From contig CM035353.1 of the NCBI GenBank assembly GCA_020137815.1, forward strand, positions 6,262,001 to 6,326,000: 64,000 nucleotides of DNA, in the 5' to 3' direction. This DNA is from Hormiphora californensis. Lineage: Eukaryota; Animalia; Ctenophora. The stretch's first letter is position 1. Each line of letters begins with the position of its first letter. The notes under the pieces were generated by a model that worked only from the letters and a program-made list of their open reading frames with translations, was not told the origin of the DNA and did no database searches. Position numbers and translations under genes: made by a program. Of this stretch, positions 60,601 to 64,000 are shown piece after piece.

Positions 60601-63600
60601 ATTGGACTTTTTAGAAAGTTATAGTATAAACCTTAAAGTCTAGAAACATTCGGGTATTTTCTGGACTACAAGTACACCCCCCCCCCCCCCCCATTTAGAC
60701 AAGAAAATGGAGATGTTGGGGAAGCTTTGTATGATATCTAAGTTTTTAAATGTGCAAAAATTATTTAGTTCGTTATTTTATTCTATGAAATTGTATGAGA
60801 CTACTGTATGGAACTAATTAGAAAGTATGTATATAACTTATTTTGTTATACCCAATTACCTCCAACCCATGTTTTCGCTCTGTAAAAGTCTGATGCTGTG
60901 TTGTAAGCACTCATAAACTCAATATATGTGTACTCTTTGTTTATCCAATTCTTGCAATGGGTGGAATAGTAACCGCTTTCCAAAAACGTAAAGTTTAGCA
61001 CCTCCACACCGTTACAAGATACCACAAAAGCAGTGGGAGTTTGTGTGAATGTCCATGTCTTGTTAATCTCGGTGGGTGGTTCCACAGGGAAATACGTGTA
61101 GACCTCTTGGTCCAATGAGGTGCTGCAACCATTCAACCAGTACGTCAACGAGACATCAAATCTTACTGCTACTCCGCCAATATAACTGCCCTGGTCATCA
61201 TGCATATCTATTCCGATGAGATCGAGGGAACCGAGTTCAGAGTTCGTCCTGACCTGGACAGGAGTTTCCTTCAGATCCCATGGAATGTTTTTGTCAAGGT
61301 CTGCACCAGGAAGCGACCGAATATTCGGTTCGGTTCGGTTCGGTTCGGAAATTCGGTGTTTTTTGGGCGGTTCGGTTCGGTTCGGTTCGGTAGGAAATTT
61401 TGGCCGAACCACCGAATTTTTTGGTCAAAAAATGCCCAGAAATCGGGCTTTTTCATGCAAAATTTTTCAATTATTTCATGAAAATTGTATGGATTTCAAT
61501 GTCAATTTCGCCGTATTAACCCTATTTCGAATCGGTGGTGCTATGTGGAAATGATTTCGCTAGTTAGCGGGTTCAATATGGATTGATTTGATACCTGACT
61601 TGCCGTCGAATCGTGTCCTCATGAGAGGGTCAACAAATTCAGAAACTTTTTTTTTCAAAAAATTCATGGAGAGCGCCGATCAAGGTGTTAAGAATCATTC
61701 TCTGAAATTTTGTAAAAAAGTTTGGAAAATATTTCAAAGTCAATTTTATGGAATATTTTCTATGTCAATTTTTGTGTACGAATCGTGTTTCGAATCGGTA
61801 TTGCTAAGCGGGAGTGATGTTGCTAATTAGTGGGTCCGAGATGGATTATGCTGATACGTGATCCCCCATCAAATCTAATAAGGAAGTTTAGGGGAAACGA
61901 TTCATGTTTCAATAAATCCTGCTAATTAGCGAGAGCACTGCCGCATAGCATCACCGATTCGCAACACGATTCGTACGGCAAAATTGACATAGAATTTTTT
62001 TTCCGAAATTGACTTTGAAATATTTTACAAAGTTTTTTCACAAAATTTAATGTTTCTCTAAAAATTCATGGAGAGCATCGATCAAGGTATTGAGAATCAT
62101 TACCTGAAATTTTGTGAAATTTTTTTTGTGAAAAATATTTTAAGTAAATTATGGTATACGAATCGTGTTTCTAATCGACAATGCTAAACGGGAGTGATGT
62201 TGGTAATTAGTGGGTCCGAGATGGATTGTGCTGATACGTGATCCCCCATCAAATCTAATTAGGAAATTTAGAGAGACACGATTCATGGTTCGTTTAATCC
62301 TGCTAATTAGCAATACCATTCCCGTATAGCACTGCCGATTCGAAACACGATTCGTACGCAAAAATTGACATAGAAAATTTACGATAAAATTGACTTTGAA
62401 AATTTTTTCACAAAATTGACTTTGAAATTTTTTCAAACATTTTTTAACAAAATTTCAAAGAATGATTCTCAATACCTTGATCGGTGCTCTCCATGACTTT
62501 TTAGAGAAACATTTATACAGAAAAAGTTTTGTATGGTTCGGTTCGGTTCGGTTACCGAAATTCGGTTCGGTTCGGTTCGGTTCGGTTCGGTAAAAAAGTT
62601 TTTCAAATTCGGTTCGGTTCGGTTCGGTGGAAAAAAACCCGGTTCGGTCGTTTCCTGGTCTGCACTAACATCCTTCCAACCTCCTTCTTCAGCCAGGGTG
62701 GTGGTGGCCACAACTCCAAGCAAAATAAAAAGCATATCTATACTGTTGTTGAGTAACAAATCTACTGGTAATGCACGGTAGAAGAAAGTATTAGAAGAAA
62801 ATCTCTTTAAAAACTGGCTATTGGCTAACGATCCCAAACCACACCGATGTGCAAATCATCCCCCCTGTTTTTATCTCTTTTTGTCTTCGCTTCCTCTTTA
62901 TCTTTTTTTAAATTCTCTATATCTTTCTACCTCTCAATTTTTCTACTTTTCTTTTGTGTTGTTTTTCGTCTCTTGGTGATAGTAAGGTCATTAGTAAACG
63001 GTCATTAGCACGGAGACACCTGCACCACAAGCAATGGAGAATACCAGTGAAACAATGATCTGTCCCTCTTTCAAGAATCTTTACAATATGACACCAGATG
63101 TATACACATGGTGGAACCCCGATTTACCAGAGCCACAGTTTACTGCAGAGCCCCGCGATTCACCGGAAAGATTTAGTGTTTAGTAACTTATAAGTTCATG
63201 TAAACTGACTATTTATTGAATTTGATGACAATAGTTAACCCGGCCCATTTAGTAACTTACCAAATAGTGACTGGGTGGTGGTAACCAGGCCAGTGGTAAC
63301 CCAACTTACCAAATAGTGACTGGGTGGTGGTAACTAGGCCAGTGTTAACCCAACTTACCAAATAGTGACTGGGTGGTGGTAACCAGGCCAGTGTTTTTGT
63401 CCACAGTAAACAGCTCCCCACCTTGCACCACACTGTATTGGACTTGGCAATTCACACCACTATCCATATCAAATGCAGACACCCTGGAAATAATTACAGC
63501 TGTTAGTGTTATTTGTACTAATTGAAACAAGATGTTTTGTTTACTTAAAGTGGCATGCGGTCAACTATGGTAACTATGGTAACTATGGTAACTAAACATG

Positions 63601-63859
63601 GTCATGGTAACCATGGTAACTATGAATGTCTCACTATGGTTACCTAGTAACGGGTGTTCCAGGAAGGACAGTATGCAGTAGAGTTGCCCTGTACACATCC
63701 TGACTGAACCGTGGAGAGTTATCATTCAGATCCCGGAGAATAATCTCAACCGACGCCACACCCCTCCTTCCACCACTGTCAACTGCTTCTACCACCAGGT
63801 TGTAGGACTTTTGGACTTCATAGTCGAGTTCGGATACGGAGTGGATCTCACCAGTTTCA
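57666..63859 (-). CDS. 3' part of a cadherin (protocadherin/Dachsous-like layout: cadherin repeats, TM, Ser-rich tail). Exons 63644-63859, 63359-63483, 60428-60564, 60125-60315, 59765-59961, 59404-59593, 59067-59246, 58750-58933, 58415-58569, 57666-58332; continues beyond the window
   Basis: All ten exons are phase-compatible. Motifs LDYE, DLNDNSPRF, AFDMDSG, LDRE, DVNDNLPYF, DTNDNAPLF, ARDADSG. TM segment YLIIFFAAAFLTLVLVLVCFV. No EGF/LamG before the TM. Confidence 0.92.
58608..58746. repeat. Intronic ~29-bp tandem repeat (CACAAACTGCACGTGCAAAATCAAATAC)
   Basis: About 5 copies abutting the donor at 58749. Confidence 0.85.
60846..62735 (-). pseudogene. Intronless 176-aa secreted protein gene nested in a cadherin intron (same strand), disrupted by a hAT MITE
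   Basis: Removing 61307-62657 plus one TSD restores MLFILLGVVATTTLAEEGGWKDVSAD-LDKNIPWDLKETPVQVRTNSELGS...PVEPPTEINKTWTF...CNGVEVLNF...DFYRAK in frame. It resembles a ctenophore-expanded uncharacterised domain (from memory). Confidence 0.85.
61307..62657. mobile_element. Non-autonomous hAT element with (GGTTC)n subterminal repeats
   Basis: TIR CAGGAA(G/A)CGACCGAA. 8-bp TSD GTCTGCAC (61299-61306, 62658-62665). Internal direct repeat ~61645-62050 vs ~62066-62460. Confidence 0.92.
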
Positions 63860-64000
63860 CTGTAATAGGGGAGATATAGGTTAACAATAATTGAGTAACC
63901 ATGCAATTAGAGTTCAGTATGAGCACTCCGGCCCTAACGTTTCAAAAAAATTTGCGTTCTGAGAGAAATTTGCCAAACCGGTCGAACCAGGACATTTCGA

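Overview
Eukaryotic (metazoan) genomic DNA: short GT-AG introns, dense DNA-transposon/MITE content and (CT)/(GA) microsatellites. The gene families present suggest a ctenophore; this is an inference from memory and needs a database search. Host genes rebuilt by hand from splice sites: (1) the 3' part of a thrombospondin-C-terminal + LamG protein ending in RKKR...HDEL (<184-2986, +); (2) a secreted multi-Ig-like protein (25314-28632, +); (3) an intronless LDLa-repeat 7TM GPCR (33623-37120, +); (4) a small 3-exon gene (52547-56306, +) with an intronless BTB gene nested antisense in its intron; (5) the 3' half of a cadherin (57666->63859, -) whose intron holds a same-strand secreted-protein gene disrupted by a hAT MITE. 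Mobile DNA includes a 6.8-kb hATm-type element with a 13-exon transposase hit by a non-LTR insertion, many MITEs with resolvable TIRs/TSDs, two Crypton-like elements (one with two nested MULEs) and a satellite with a higher-order repeat. The most unusual region is about 9.35-24.8 kb. It lies between Helitron-like termini (A|TCTATATA ... hairpin-CTAG|T) and holds a decayed, all-minus-strand array of small paralogous virus-like ORFs: coiled-coil + CCHC zinc knuckle, an SGNH-like fragment, a pPolB-like fragment and Arg-rich basic proteins. Several of these ORFs are separated by a repeated GT...U-rich...branch point...CAG|AGAATG cassette. Coordinates were counted by eye and may be off by a few bases.
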